Source: Longimicrobiales bacterium
GTDB lineage: Bacteria; Gemmatimonadota; Gemmatimonadetes; Longimicrobiales; Gaopeijiaceae
NCBI GenBank assembly: GCA_965204735.1
Contig: OZ242008.1
Span: 1,984,001 to 2,048,000 of the forward strand
Length of the DNA: 64,000 nt
Reading direction: 5' to 3'
The translations under genes were made by a program, and so were the position numbers. Below are positions 41,014 through 50,657 of the stretch, in pieces. Numbering within the stretch: position 1 is the stretch's first letter; each line of letters opens with the position of its first letter. A model generated the notes under the pieces. It saw only the letters and a list, made by a program, of their open reading frames with translations, did not search any database and was not told where the DNA came from.

Positions 41014-41766
41014 CTAGCTCGCGCTTCCCGGAGGCGCGCTCCGCCGTCCGCCCCCTTCGACGCCTCCCGCCAAGTGGACGAAGAGCCTCGCCAGCTGCCC
41101 GACTTCGTCGTCGCGCTCCAGCACCTTCTTGCCTCCGGCGCCGCCGGCGTCCGGGCGCCGGGCCAACTCCACCGCGAAGCCCAGCAGCTCGCCCAGGGGC
41201 TTGGCCGCCAAGTTGACGAACCAGATCGCGGCCAGGACGCCGATCACCAGGATGATGGAGATGAGGGCCGCCTGCTGGCCGATCGCCCGCTGGACCTTCA
41301 GCGCCACCAAGTCCGTGTCCATGCCCACGCGGACGGTGCCCGCCACGCCGGCCAAGATCGGACTGCCCACCTCCACGAAGTCGCCGATCCCGGGGAGGCT
41401 CCGCTCCATCGTCTCGGAGGTGACCTCGTTCGCGCGGATCTCGTCCCGTATCTGCTCCGGTATGCCGGGGACGAAGGTGTGGGCCAGGGCCTCGCCCGCT
41501 TCGCTGACGATGTAGATGTACCGGATGCCCTGGAGCTCGCGGTACTGGTCGATCAGCGACTGGAGGGTGGACATGTCGCGGTTCAGGAGGATGTCCACGC
41601 TGGAGTCTGCGATCGTCTTGGCGATGCTCTGGCTGTTGCTCTCGTACTCTTCCGAGAGGTGCTTGTCGACGGTGTAGATGCACAGGATCGACGTGGAGAG
41701 GACGATCAAGCCGAAGAGGGAGAAGACGCCGAAGAGGGTCTTCTGAAAGAGCTTGCGGACTTTCAC
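41014..41766 (-). CDS. Membrane sensor (TM-periplasmic domain-TM-HAMP) with no output domain
   Basis: Two TM segments; HAMP pattern KPLGEL...RDDEVGQLARLF; ends about 20 aa later. Confidence 0.8.
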   Translation of the reverse strand: MKVRKLFQKTLFGVFSLFGLIVLSTSILCIYTVDKHLSEEYESNSQSIAKTIADSSVDILLNRDMSTLQSLIDQYRELQGIRYIYIVSEAGEALAHTFVPGIPEQIRDEIRANEVTSETMERSLPGIGDFVEVGSPILAGVAGTVRVGMDTDLVALKVQRAIGQQAALISIILVIGVLAAIWFVNLAAKPLGELLGFAVELARRPDAGGAGGKKVLERDDEVGQLARLFVHLAGGVEGGGRRSAPPGSAS

Positions 41767-41767
41767 G

Positions 41768-43084
41768 CTAGGCCAGCCTCGCTTCCCAGTCGTCCAGAGT
41801 CACGAACCGTCCTTGGTCCACGACAGTGTAGTAGACGCGCTGCAGGCCCTGGCGACGCTCCGGTCCGAAGGAGACGCGCTCGCCCACGCCCAAGTCGTAG
41901 TCCTTGACCGAATAGACCGCCTCTTCCAGGCCGGAGCGCTGGGGGAGGTCCCCCAGTCGGTTCAGGATCTCCACCATGAGCTTCGCGTTCAGAAAGCCCT
42001 CCAAGCTCACGAAGCTGTGGGCGAAGGGCGTGTACGGCTCGTCGACGATCTCCTCCGGCACGGCGGGATCGTAGCGCTCCATGAAGTCCCGGTACTGCCT
42101 CACCGCAGGCATCGCGTCGTCCTCGTAGCTGGGCACCACTTGGGAGTTCACCAGCAGCCGCGTGTAGCGGGGCGCGTCCTCGCGGCCCTCCGACAGAAGC
42201 TGCAGGAGGTTCTCGCTTCCCACGAAGGAGAGGTTGGCGATCGGGACCCGGAGCCCCAGGTCCACGGCGTCGCGGGCGAAGGCGGCGCACGCGGCGTAGG
42301 CGCCGACGCAGATCACGGCGTCGGGCTGGGCCGACTGGAGGATCTCCACTTGACGGCGCATCGTCCCGGTGAACTTCTCTCCGCGGCTGTAGGTGGCCTC
42401 GCCCGCGATCCGTCCGCCGTGGACCGCCAGCGCTCGGCGAACCCCGGCCCACCCGCTCCGTCCGTAGGCGTCGGCCTGGTAGAAGACGGCGACGCGCCTT
42501 CGGCCGATCCGGACGAAGTTGTCCACCAGTCCAGCGGTTTCCTGCCGGTAGGAGGCCCGCAAGTTGAAGGCGAAGTCTCCGTAGGGCGGTTCCCGCTGCG
42601 GTTGGGCGCCGGTGAAGGGAAAGAAGAGGTAGACGTTTTCGTCCTGGAACTTCTTGAGCAGGGGCAGGACCCGGGTCACCGTGGGCGTTCCGACGTAGCC
42701 GAAGAGGAGGAACACCTGGTCCTCGATCATCAGCTGCACCGTGTTCTGGACCGACGGGTCGGGCTGGTATCCGTCGTCGTACATCTTCAGGACGATCTGG
42801 CGGCCCCTCACGCCGCCCGCCTGGTTGACGTGGGCGAAGTACGCCTGCGCGCCCCGGTAGAGCTCGATTCCCAACCCGCGGGATGGTCCGTTGAAGGCGG
42901 CCGAAACCCCCAGCACGATCTTGTCGTCGTCTTGGGCGAAGGGGTTGGAGCGCGCAGCGGAGCCGGCGCGGTTCGGGGCGGCGGCAAGAGGCGTCGGCGC
43001 CCTTCCCGACTTGGCCGGCAGGGCGAGCCATGGGGCCGCCGCGAGTCCTCCGACGCCGAACCGCAACATGGAACGGCGGGTCAT
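41768..43084 (-). CDS. Periplasmic binding protein (LivJ/K-like), Tat-exported
   Basis: Twin-arginine signal MTRRSMLRFG; GGVRGRQI, DDGYQP, YVGTPT, NLRASY. Confidence 0.88.
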   Translation of the reverse strand: MTRRSMLRFGVGGLAAAPWLALPAKSGRAPTPLAAAPNRAGSAARSNPFAQDDDKIVLGVSAAFNGPSRGLGIELYRGAQAYFAHVNQAGGVRGRQIVLKMYDDGYQPDPSVQNTVQLMIEDQVFLLFGYVGTPTVTRVLPLLKKFQDENVYLFFPFTGAQPQREPPYGDFAFNLRASYRQETAGLVDNFVRIGRRRVAVFYQADAYGRSGWAGVRRALAVHGGRIAGEATYSRGEKFTGTMRRQVEILQSAQPDAVICVGAYAACAAFARDAVDLGLRVPIANLSFVGSENLLQLLSEGREDAPRYTRLLVNSQVVPSYEDDAMPAVRQYRDFMERYDPAVPEEIVDEPYTPFAHSFVSLEGFLNAKLMVEILNRLGDLPQRSGLEEAVYSVKDYDLGVGERVSFGPERRQGLQRVYYTVVDQGRFVTLDDWEARLA

Positions 43085-43146
43085 CGACCGCTCTCGGTCG
43101 GTGGGGAGCTTGTTGCCTTCTTTTCCGGCGGTTCCTGCTCGTGTCT

Positions 43147-45270
43147 TCATCCGCGCTCTCTTCGCTGTCGAACCGCCGAGGGCCGTGAAGGGGCGTCCGG
43201 AGTTCGAGAGGGGCCGTCGCCTTGTAAAGTAGTCCCCAAGTTTCGCTGAATCAACGCGCGCGTGTTCGGGGCTCTCCCCATGAACGCTCGGAAGAGCTCG
43301 TCCGGCTCCCGGCGGTCGCCTTGGGAGAGGACGGAATCGAGGAAGGCCCGGCCCGCGACGGGGCTCAGGACGCCCTCGTCCTCGAAGCGCGAAAAGGCGT
43401 CGGCTTCCAGCGTCTCGGACCAGAGGTACGAGTAGTAGGCGGACGCGTATCCCCCGCCGAAGAGGTGGGCGAAGGACGGGAGGACGTGGCGCTCGACGAA
43501 GCGGTCCGAGGGGACGAAGGGCCGAAGCGTCGCGGCGGCGTACTCCATGACCGGCGTCTCGGCGTCCCAGCTTCGGTGGAGCTCCAGGTCCAGGTTGGCC
43601 AGGGAGAGCTGCCGCATCTGGGACCAGCCGCCCATGAAGCGGCGAGCGGCGACCAGCCGGTCCACCGTGTCGGCAGGCAGCGGCGCGCCGGTTTCGTGGT
43701 GGCGGGCGAAGACGTCCAGGGCCTCGGCGCGCCACGTCCAGTTTTCCATGATCTGGGAGGGCACCTCGACCCAATCCCACGCCACGTTGGTTCCGCCCCG
43801 CTGGGGGATCTCCACCCGGGAGGCCACGTGGTGCAGCAGATGGCCGAACTCGTGAAAGAGGGTGCGGACTTCGCGGTGGGTGAGAAGCGACGGCCCGGCC
43901 TTGGTCGGCGGGTTGAAGTTGCCGCCGACGAACCCCAGGTGGGGATCGAAGCCTTCGCAGGCCGGGCCTCCGGCCCTGGGGTCCACGGCGCCCGCCCTGG
44001 GACCTCCGGCGATCAGGGCGTCCATCCAAGCGCCCTGCCGCTTCGTGTCGCGGGGGAACCAGTCGGCGTAGAAGGAGCCCAGGTGGCGCCCCGTGTCGTC
44101 GCGCACCTCGAAGAAGCAGACGTCCGGGTGCCAGACGGCCGGGTTGTCCGCCCGCTTCACCGAAAGGCCGAAGAGGCGGCGGGCGATCTCGAAGAGGCCG
44201 GACTGGACCTCGTCCAGGGGGAACCAGGGCCGAAGCGCCTCGTCGTCCAGGTCGAAGCGCTCCTTTCGGAGCTTCTCCATCAGGAACGACACGTCCCACG
44301 GCGCCAGGGCGCCCGCTCCGAAGCGGCGGGCGCACTGTTGGAGCTCCTGGACGTCCTGGTCGTGGAAGGGCCGGGTGGCGGCGATCAGCTCGTCCAGGAA
44401 GGTCCGGACGCGCCCGCCCGACTTGGCCATCGCCGTCTCCAAGCGGTAGCTGGGAAAGTCGTCGTACCCCAGCAGCGAGGCGATTCGCCGGCGCAGCTCC
44501 AGCATTCGGGCGATCAGGGGGCGGTTGTCCCGCTCGCCGCCGGTGCAGCGGTCCAGGTAGGCCGCGTGGACCTCCCGGCGCAGGGAGCGGTCCGAGGCGT
44601 GGCGGAGGACGGCGTCGACGCTGGGCATGTCCAGCGTGACCAGCCACCCCTCCTGGCCGCGAGCTTCGGCCAGCCGAGAGGCGCGCTCGAGGGCCGCCTC
44701 CGGCAGTCCGGCCAGCGCGTCGCGGTCGGTCACGAGCTTCTCGTACGCGGCCGTCTCCTCCAGGAGGTTCTCCTCGAAGCTCCGGCCCAGCTCCGAGAGT
44801 TCGACCCGCATCTCCTCCAGGGCCGCCTTGCGGTCGCGGGAGAGGTCGGCGCCGGCGCGACGGAACTCCCGGAGCGTCTTCTCCAGGTGGCGCCTGGGCA
44901 GGCCGGCCAGCGCCCTGCCCTCGCGCGAGGCGGCAAAGGCCTGGAGACGCCGGTGCAGCTTCTCGTGGTGGAAGAGGCGGCTCCTGAAGCGCACGACTTC
45001 GGGGAGCGCGGCGGCGTGCGCGCGGCGGAGTTCCGGCGTGGCGGCCACGTTGGCCAAGTGGGAGACCGGCGCCCAAGTGCGGGCGACCTCCTGCGCCACG
45101 GCGTCGACCCCCGCCAGCGCCGCCCCGGGCGCGGTCTCGTCCGCGGCCGCTTCGTCCAAGCGGCGGCGCGCCCACTTGAGCGTCTCGTCGACCGCGGGCG
45201 CCACGTCGCCGGGCTCGATCCGGTCGAAGGGGACGAGGAAGCCCCGATCCAGGAGGGGGTTGCCGCTCAC
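43147..45270 (-). CDS. prlC: M3 family metallopeptidase (oligopeptidase A)
   Basis: NPLL N-terminus, KRQGAWM, HEFGH, EVPSQIMEN, YYSYLWS. Confidence 0.9.
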   Translation of the reverse strand: MSGNPLLDRGFLVPFDRIEPGDVAPAVDETLKWARRRLDEAAADETAPGAALAGVDAVAQEVARTWAPVSHLANVAATPELRRAHAAALPEVVRFRSRLFHHEKLHRRLQAFAASREGRALAGLPRRHLEKTLREFRRAGADLSRDRKAALEEMRVELSELGRSFEENLLEETAAYEKLVTDRDALAGLPEAALERASRLAEARGQEGWLVTLDMPSVDAVLRHASDRSLRREVHAAYLDRCTGGERDNRPLIARMLELRRRIASLLGYDDFPSYRLETAMAKSGGRVRTFLDELIAATRPFHDQDVQELQQCARRFGAGALAPWDVSFLMEKLRKERFDLDDEALRPWFPLDEVQSGLFEIARRLFGLSVKRADNPAVWHPDVCFFEVRDDTGRHLGSFYADWFPRDTKRQGAWMDALIAGGPRAGAVDPRAGGPACEGFDPHLGFVGGNFNPPTKAGPSLLTHREVRTLFHEFGHLLHHVASRVEIPQRGGTNVAWDWVEVPSQIMENWTWRAEALDVFARHHETGAPLPADTVDRLVAARRFMGGWSQMRQLSLANLDLELHRSWDAETPVMEYAAATLRPFVPSDRFVERHVLPSFAHLFGGGYASAYYSYLWSETLEADAFSRFEDEGVLSPVAGRAFLDSVLSQGDRREPDELFRAFMGRAPNTRALIQRNLGTTLQGDGPSRTPDAPSRPSAVRQRRERG

Positions 45271-46115
45271 GGCGCCGCCGTGGCCGTCCACGCGGCGGTC
45301 TCCCGAGCCATCTCCCCCAGCACGTCCGCCTGATCGCGGCCCAGGCGCTTCGGGGTCTTGAAGGAGTGGTCGCCTCCCTCCACCACGCGCAGCGACGCCT
45401 TCGCGCCCAGCCGGTCGAGCACGGGACGGAGGAGGGCCAGGTCGGCGAGCCGGTCTCGGTCGCCTTGATGGAAGAGCATCGGACAGGGGACCCGTGCCAA
45501 GTGGTCTCCCCTGGCCGTCCCTGGACGGCCCGGCGGGTGGAGGGGAAAGCCGAAGAAGACGAGCCCGGCGACGTTGGGCAGCTGCGAGTGGAGCGGATCG
45601 GAGCTCGGCGCGGGAATCGAAGGCGCCGCTTCGCCCACGGGCGCCGGCGCGCCCGCGGCCGGCTCGGACGTCGGGGGTTCGGCCTGGCGCGCGGCCAGCT
45701 CGGAGAGCATCCGTCCGCCCATGGACTTTCCGCCTGCGAAGAGGGGCAGGTCGGCGGCGGCGTGCCGGCCCGCGACGAGGGCGGACGCCGCCACGGCGAG
45801 GAGGCGGCGGACCGGGTCGGGTCGGCGACGGCCCTCCTGAGCGTACTGGAAGTTGAAGCGGAGCACCGAGACGCCCTCTGCCACGAGGGCGGCCGAGAGG
45901 TCCTCCATGAAGGGGTGGGTCATGGGCGCTCCCGCCCCGTGGCCCAGGACCAGCAGGCACGAGGCGGGATCGGCCTTGGCGAGCAAGCCGGCAACGGGCG
46001 AGTGGCCTTCGCCGGCGACGACGAGGGCGCGCGCCGGGGCGTCGCGGGCGCTCCCGTGGGCGTCGCGGACTCGTGCCCGGGCGGCGTCGCGCCGCGTCTG
46101 GGAGCTACCAGGCAA
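45267..46115 (-). CDS. Alpha/beta hydrolase
   Basis: HGAGAPM, GGKSMGG, FPLHPPG, GDHSF; start uncertain. Confidence 0.85.
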   Translation of the reverse strand: MPGSSQTRRDAARARVRDAHGSARDAPARALVVAGEGHSPVAGLLAKADPASCLLVLGHGAGAPMTHPFMEDLSAALVAEGVSVLRFNFQYAQEGRRRPDPVRRLLAVAASALVAGRHAAADLPLFAGGKSMGGRMLSELAARQAEPPTSEPAAGAPAPVGEAAPSIPAPSSDPLHSQLPNVAGLVFFGFPLHPPGRPGTARGDHLARVPCPMLFHQGDRDRLADLALLRPVLDRLGAKASLRVVEGGDHSFKTPKRLGRDQADVLGEMARETAAWTATAAP

Positions 46116-48021
46116 TGCCGTAGTCTTCCCCGTGGTTGCTGGAGCCTCCCCACATCGTGCCCGTGCGGGGATCGAAGTAGATCGCGTTGATCGGTCCCGA
46201 AGTCCTGGACGCGAAGGTCAGGTCGTAGCCCATCTCCCGCAGCCGCGCGCGCATCCAAGAGGAAGCTTCGTCGTTGAGGAGGAGCCGTCCCGGCCGGGAC
46301 TCGTGGGCGCCGAACGAGCTCCGCATCTGGTAGCTGTTGAAGTTGGGCGCCTCGGCGGCCTCCTGCACGTTCATCCCGAACTCCACCACGTTGAGGAAGA
46401 ACTGGAGCAGGTTCTGGTCCTGGCCGTCGCCTCCCTGAACCGCAAAGGAGAGGAACGGCTTGCCGTCCTTCAGCGCCAGCGACGGCGTGAGGGTGGCGCG
46501 GGGACGCTTGCCCGGCTCCAGCACGTTGTACGGACCCGCGCGCTCGTCCAGAACGAAGCTCTGCATCCGCTGGCTCATGCCGATTCCGGTGCGGCCGGCG
46601 ATCACGGCGGGGATCCACGCCCCGGAAGGCGTCACCGACACGACCCACCCCTCCGCGTCGGCGGCTTGGATCGAAGTCGTGCCCGCGTAGAAGGCTTCCT
46701 CGAACTCGGCGCCGGAGGCGGGTTCGGTCGTCTCGGGCGTCGCCGAGGGTTCCGCATGCCAGCCCTCGACGAGGTGCAGGAACGGGTTGACCCCGTCCTG
46801 GAAGGCGTATGGGTCCCCGGGCAGGACGTCGGGGTCGTTCCGCTCCCAGTCGATCTCTTCGGCGCGCGCCCGGGCGTACTCCTTGGAGAGCAGTCCCTTC
46901 ACGGGCTCGGCCGGCGGGAAGTACGGGTCGCCGTAGTAGAAGTCGCGGTCGGCGAAGGCCAGGTTCATGGTTTGGTAGAGGGCGTGCACATAGCGGACCG
47001 AGTTGTGGCCCATCGAAGCCAACTCCATGCCCTCCAACATGTTGAGGGCCTGAAGCAGAACTGGTCCTTGAACCCAGGTCGTAAGCTTGTAGACTTCGAT
47101 GCCCTTGTAGGACGCGCTCACCGGCTCTTCCAGGTGCACCTTCCACTGCGACAGGTCTTCCAGAGTGTGAAGACCTCCCTGCTCCCGAGAGCCGCGGACG
47201 AACTCCTCGGCGACGTCGCCTCGGTAGAAGCGGTCGTACGCCGCCATGATCGCCTCGCGCCGGTCCGCGCCCCGAGCCAGCGCCTCCGCCTCGGCCTCCA
47301 CCAGCTTCTCCAGCGTTCGGGCCAAGTCGGCCTGCACGAAGAGCTCGCCGGCTTCGGGGGCGCTTCGCTCCTCGCCGTGGCGCGGCAGGAAGACCGCCTT
47401 GGAGTAGGGCCACTCGGCGATCCGCTCCTTCTCGCGCTCCATGGCGTCGGCGGCCTGCGCCTCGATCGGATAGCCCTTGGCCATGTCGATGGCAGGCGCC
47501 AGCACCTCGGCCAAGCTCAGGCGGCCCCACTCCGCCAGCATCACCATGAGGCCGCCGGGGGTTCCCGGCGTGACGGCGGCAAGGGGTCCGTAGGCCGGAG
47601 GCACGTCCATCCCCCGCTCTTCGAAGAACTCGGGCGTGGCGCCGGTGGGCGCGACCCCGAGGGCGTTGACGCCGGTCACCGTCCCGGTCCTCGGGTCGTA
47701 CACCAAGGCTTGGGTCTCGCCGCCCCAGCCCAGCACGTCCCACATGGTGGCGGTCGCGGCCAGCATGGCGGCGGCCGCGTCCACCGCGTTGCCGCCGTCG
47801 AGGAAGATCATGGCCCCGGCGGTCGCGCCCAGGGGCTTCCCGGTGATCGCGATCCACTCCTTGCCGTGGAGCACCGGCTTCTGGGTGCGCTGGGCCTGGG
47901 CGACGGACGGGTGGAGCGCTCCCGCCCCCACCGCGAAGGCGAAAGCCGGCGCGAGGGCGAAGCGGCGAAGGGCGAGGGGGCTGGACTGGTTGAAGGGGCG
48001 TCGGCTGGATCGTCTGAACAT
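46105..48021 (-). CDS. Gamma-glutamyltransferase family protein (exported)
   Basis: GGNAVDAA, GTTSIQAAD (putative autocleavage Thr), PGKRPRATLTP; signal peptide. Confidence 0.88.
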   Translation of the reverse strand: MFRRSSRRPFNQSSPLALRRFALAPAFAFAVGAGALHPSVAQAQRTQKPVLHGKEWIAITGKPLGATAGAMIFLDGGNAVDAAAAMLAATATMWDVLGWGGETQALVYDPRTGTVTGVNALGVAPTGATPEFFEERGMDVPPAYGPLAAVTPGTPGGLMVMLAEWGRLSLAEVLAPAIDMAKGYPIEAQAADAMEREKERIAEWPYSKAVFLPRHGEERSAPEAGELFVQADLARTLEKLVEAEAEALARGADRREAIMAAYDRFYRGDVAEEFVRGSREQGGLHTLEDLSQWKVHLEEPVSASYKGIEVYKLTTWVQGPVLLQALNMLEGMELASMGHNSVRYVHALYQTMNLAFADRDFYYGDPYFPPAEPVKGLLSKEYARARAEEIDWERNDPDVLPGDPYAFQDGVNPFLHLVEGWHAEPSATPETTEPASGAEFEEAFYAGTTSIQAADAEGWVVSVTPSGAWIPAVIAGRTGIGMSQRMQSFVLDERAGPYNVLEPGKRPRATLTPSLALKDGKPFLSFAVQGGDGQDQNLLQFFLNVVEFGMNVQEAAEAPNFNSYQMRSSFGAHESRPGRLLLNDEASSWMRARLREMGYDLTFASRTSGPINAIYFDPRTGTMWGGSSNHGEDYGIAW

Positions 48022-48208
48022 GATGAGGTCTTCCTTCCTCGTCGGGGCGGAAACCGGCAAGTTACCTTGGGGCTCGGAGAACGACGGACCACCGAAGTCC
48101 CGATGGCCGCGCCCGCGCGCCGGGGCCTGCCGCAAAGTCCGTCCTTTGAGCGAAGGCGCAAGGACCGGGCGGCGAGCCCGCAAGGCAACGGAGAACGCTG
48201 GGCGGGAG

Positions 48209-50641
48209 ATGGACTTCATTAGGAGCATGGTGGCGCGGGACTTGGCCACGGGGAAGCACGGCGGTCGGGTCGCAACCCGGTTTCCGCCCGAGCCCAACGG
48301 CTTCCTGCACATAGGCCACGCCAAGTCGATCTGCCTGAACTTCGGAATCGCCGCCGAGCATCCAGGCGGCCGATGCCATCTCCGGCTGGACGACACCAAC
48401 CCGGACACCGAGAAGGCCGAGTACGTGGAGGCGATGAAGCGGGACATCCGCTGGCTCGGCTTCGACTGGGGCGAGCGTCTCTACCACGCCTCGGACTACT
48501 TCGAGGAGCTCTACGGGTTCGCACTGGTCCTGGTGGAGAAGGGGCTGGCGTACGTGGACTCGTCGTCCGAGGCGGAGATCCGCGAGCGACGGGGCTCCGT
48601 GACCCGGCCGGGCGTCCACAGCCCCTACCGGGAGCGCGCAGTCGAAGAAAACCGCGAGCTGTTCGGTCGCATGAGGGCCGGCGAGTACCCCGACGGGCGC
48701 CACGTCCTTCGGGCCAAGATCGACATGGCCCATCCGAACATGGTCATGCGCGACCCGATTCTGTATCGGATCCGTCATGCGAGCCACTACCGCCACGGCG
48801 ACCGGTGGCCGATCTACCCTCTGTACGACTTCGCCCACTGCCTCTCCGACTCGCTGGAGCGGATCACCCACTCCCTGTGCACCCTGGAGTTCGACAACAA
48901 CCGGGCGATCTACGACTGGCTGCTGGAGCACGTGGACGCGCCCTCGCCTCGACCGGAGCAGACCGAGTTCGCGCCCCTCGTGCTGGAGTACGTGGTCACC
49001 AGCAAGCGCAAGCTGCGGCGGCTGGTGGAAGAAGGGCGGGTGCGGGGCTGGGACGACCCCCGGATGCCCACGCTGGCCGGGCTTCGGCGACGAGGCGTCA
49101 CGGCGGCTGCGGTCCGCTCGCTGTGCGAGATGGTGGGCGTGGCCAAGGTCAACTCCCGCGTGGACCATGGGAAGCTGGACTACGCCGTGCGGAACGACCT
49201 GAACCGGATCGCGCCCCGGGCCTTCTGCGTGCTGGAGCCGCTGAGGGTCGTCCTGACCAACTGGCCCGAAGGCAAGGAGGAATCCCTGACCGCGCCCCGC
49301 TTCCCCGCCGACGTGGCGGAGCCCGCCGGCGGAACGCCGGGCGTTCGAACGCTGCCCTTCGGCCGGGTCGTCTACATCGACCGCGACGACTTCCGCGAAG
49401 AGCCGCCGTCCGGCTTTCGCCGGCTCTCGCCGGGCCGCTGGGTGCGCCTGAAGCACGCTGGACTGATCCGGTGCGACTCGGTCGCCAACGACCCGGACAC
49501 GGGCGGAGTTGCCGAGCTCCGCTGCACCTTCGAGCCGGAAGTGGTGGACGGACGCGGGGCCCGGGACCGCGGCCGGCGCGTCGCGGGCACCGTGCACTGG
49601 GTGTCGGCGCGGCGGGCCGTCCCGGCCCAGGTCCGGCTCTACGACCGGCTCTTCACGACGCCCGACCCGCTGGCCGAGGGCGACTTCATGGACGCGCTGA
49701 ACCCGGACTCGGAGCGGGTCGCAAGCGGCGCCCTCGTCGAACCGAGCCTGGCGGACGCGCCTCCCGGGGCTCACTACCAGTTCGAGCGGCTCGGGTACTT
49801 CTTCTCCGATCCGGCGGACTCCCGGCCGGGGCGGCTGGTCTTCAACCGCACCGTGCCCCTTCGCGACGGCTGGACGAGACGGGCTGCGGAGGCGGCGCCC
49901 GGGCAGGCGGCGAGCCGCGAAGCGCACGGCCGCAGAGGCGGCGGTCGAAGGGCCGAGCCGACGCCGAGCCGACGCAACGGCGAACCGCGACGCCCAACGG
50001 CGATCTCGACGCACGCCGGGCCGACGCCGGTCGATCCGGATCGCCGGCATACGGCTGGCGAACACGCTCCGGCGACGGCGACGCCGACCGGGCCGGCGCC
50101 GCCCGAGAACCGGGCGCGGCTCGACGAGCTCGGCGCCCTGGGGGTCGCCGACGCCGCGGCCGCAAGCCTCGCCTCCTCCCCCGAGCTGGACGCCCTCTTC
50201 CGCGCCGTCCTTCCCAGCTACCCCGACGGGGCCGGCGCCGTCGCGTCGTGGGTGGTGAACGAAGTGGCCGGGCTCTCCGGCGGCCACGAAGCCGGAAGCG
50301 CGCGCCTGGAGCCCTCTGCGCTTGCAGCGCTGGTGCGGACGGTGGACGAAGGCGGCCTCTCCCGGCGCCAGGGCCGCATCGTCCTCTCGGCGCTCCTCGC
50401 CAAGGGCGGCACGTTCGAGGAGGTCCGCGCCTCGCTGGACCTCGCCGAGATCGCCGACGAGCACGTGCTGACCACGCTCCTGGACGAGATCGTCCGCGAG
50501 AACCCCGAGAAGGCCGCCGCCTACCGGAACGGACGCGCCGGCCTGCTGGGCTTCTTCGTGGGCGAGGTCATGAAGCGCACCGACGGCAAGGCGGACCCCC
50601 GCGCCGCCAGCCGGCTGGCGTCGCAACTGCTGGCCGAGTGA
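48209..50641 (+). CDS. glnS: Glutamine--tRNA ligase with C-terminal YqeY domain
   Basis: RFPPEPNGFLHIGH, TSKR, WDDPRMPT, QFERLGYF, then a linker and GFFVGEVMKRTDGKADP. Confidence 0.93.
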   Translation: MDFIRSMVARDLATGKHGGRVATRFPPEPNGFLHIGHAKSICLNFGIAAEHPGGRCHLRLDDTNPDTEKAEYVEAMKRDIRWLGFDWGERLYHASDYFEELYGFALVLVEKGLAYVDSSSEAEIRERRGSVTRPGVHSPYRERAVEENRELFGRMRAGEYPDGRHVLRAKIDMAHPNMVMRDPILYRIRHASHYRHGDRWPIYPLYDFAHCLSDSLERITHSLCTLEFDNNRAIYDWLLEHVDAPSPRPEQTEFAPLVLEYVVTSKRKLRRLVEEGRVRGWDDPRMPTLAGLRRRGVTAAAVRSLCEMVGVAKVNSRVDHGKLDYAVRNDLNRIAPRAFCVLEPLRVVLTNWPEGKEESLTAPRFPADVAEPAGGTPGVRTLPFGRVVYIDRDDFREEPPSGFRRLSPGRWVRLKHAGLIRCDSVANDPDTGGVAELRCTFEPEVVDGRGARDRGRRVAGTVHWVSARRAVPAQVRLYDRLFTTPDPLAEGDFMDALNPDSERVASGALVEPSLADAPPGAHYQFERLGYFFSDPADSRPGRLVFNRTVPLRDGWTRRAAEAAPGQAASREAHGRRGGGRRAEPTPSRRNGEPRRPTAISTHAGPTPVDPDRRHTAGEHAPATATPTGPAPPENRARLDELGALGVADAAAASLASSPELDALFRAVLPSYPDGAGAVASWVVNEVAGLSGGHEAGSARLEPSALAALVRTVDEGGLSRRQGRIVLSALLAKGGTFEEVRASLDLAEIADEHVLTTLLDEIVRENPEKAAAYRNGRAGLLGFFVGEVMKRTDGKADPRAASRLASQLLAE

Positions 50642-50657
50642 GGCGACCGCCCCGGGC

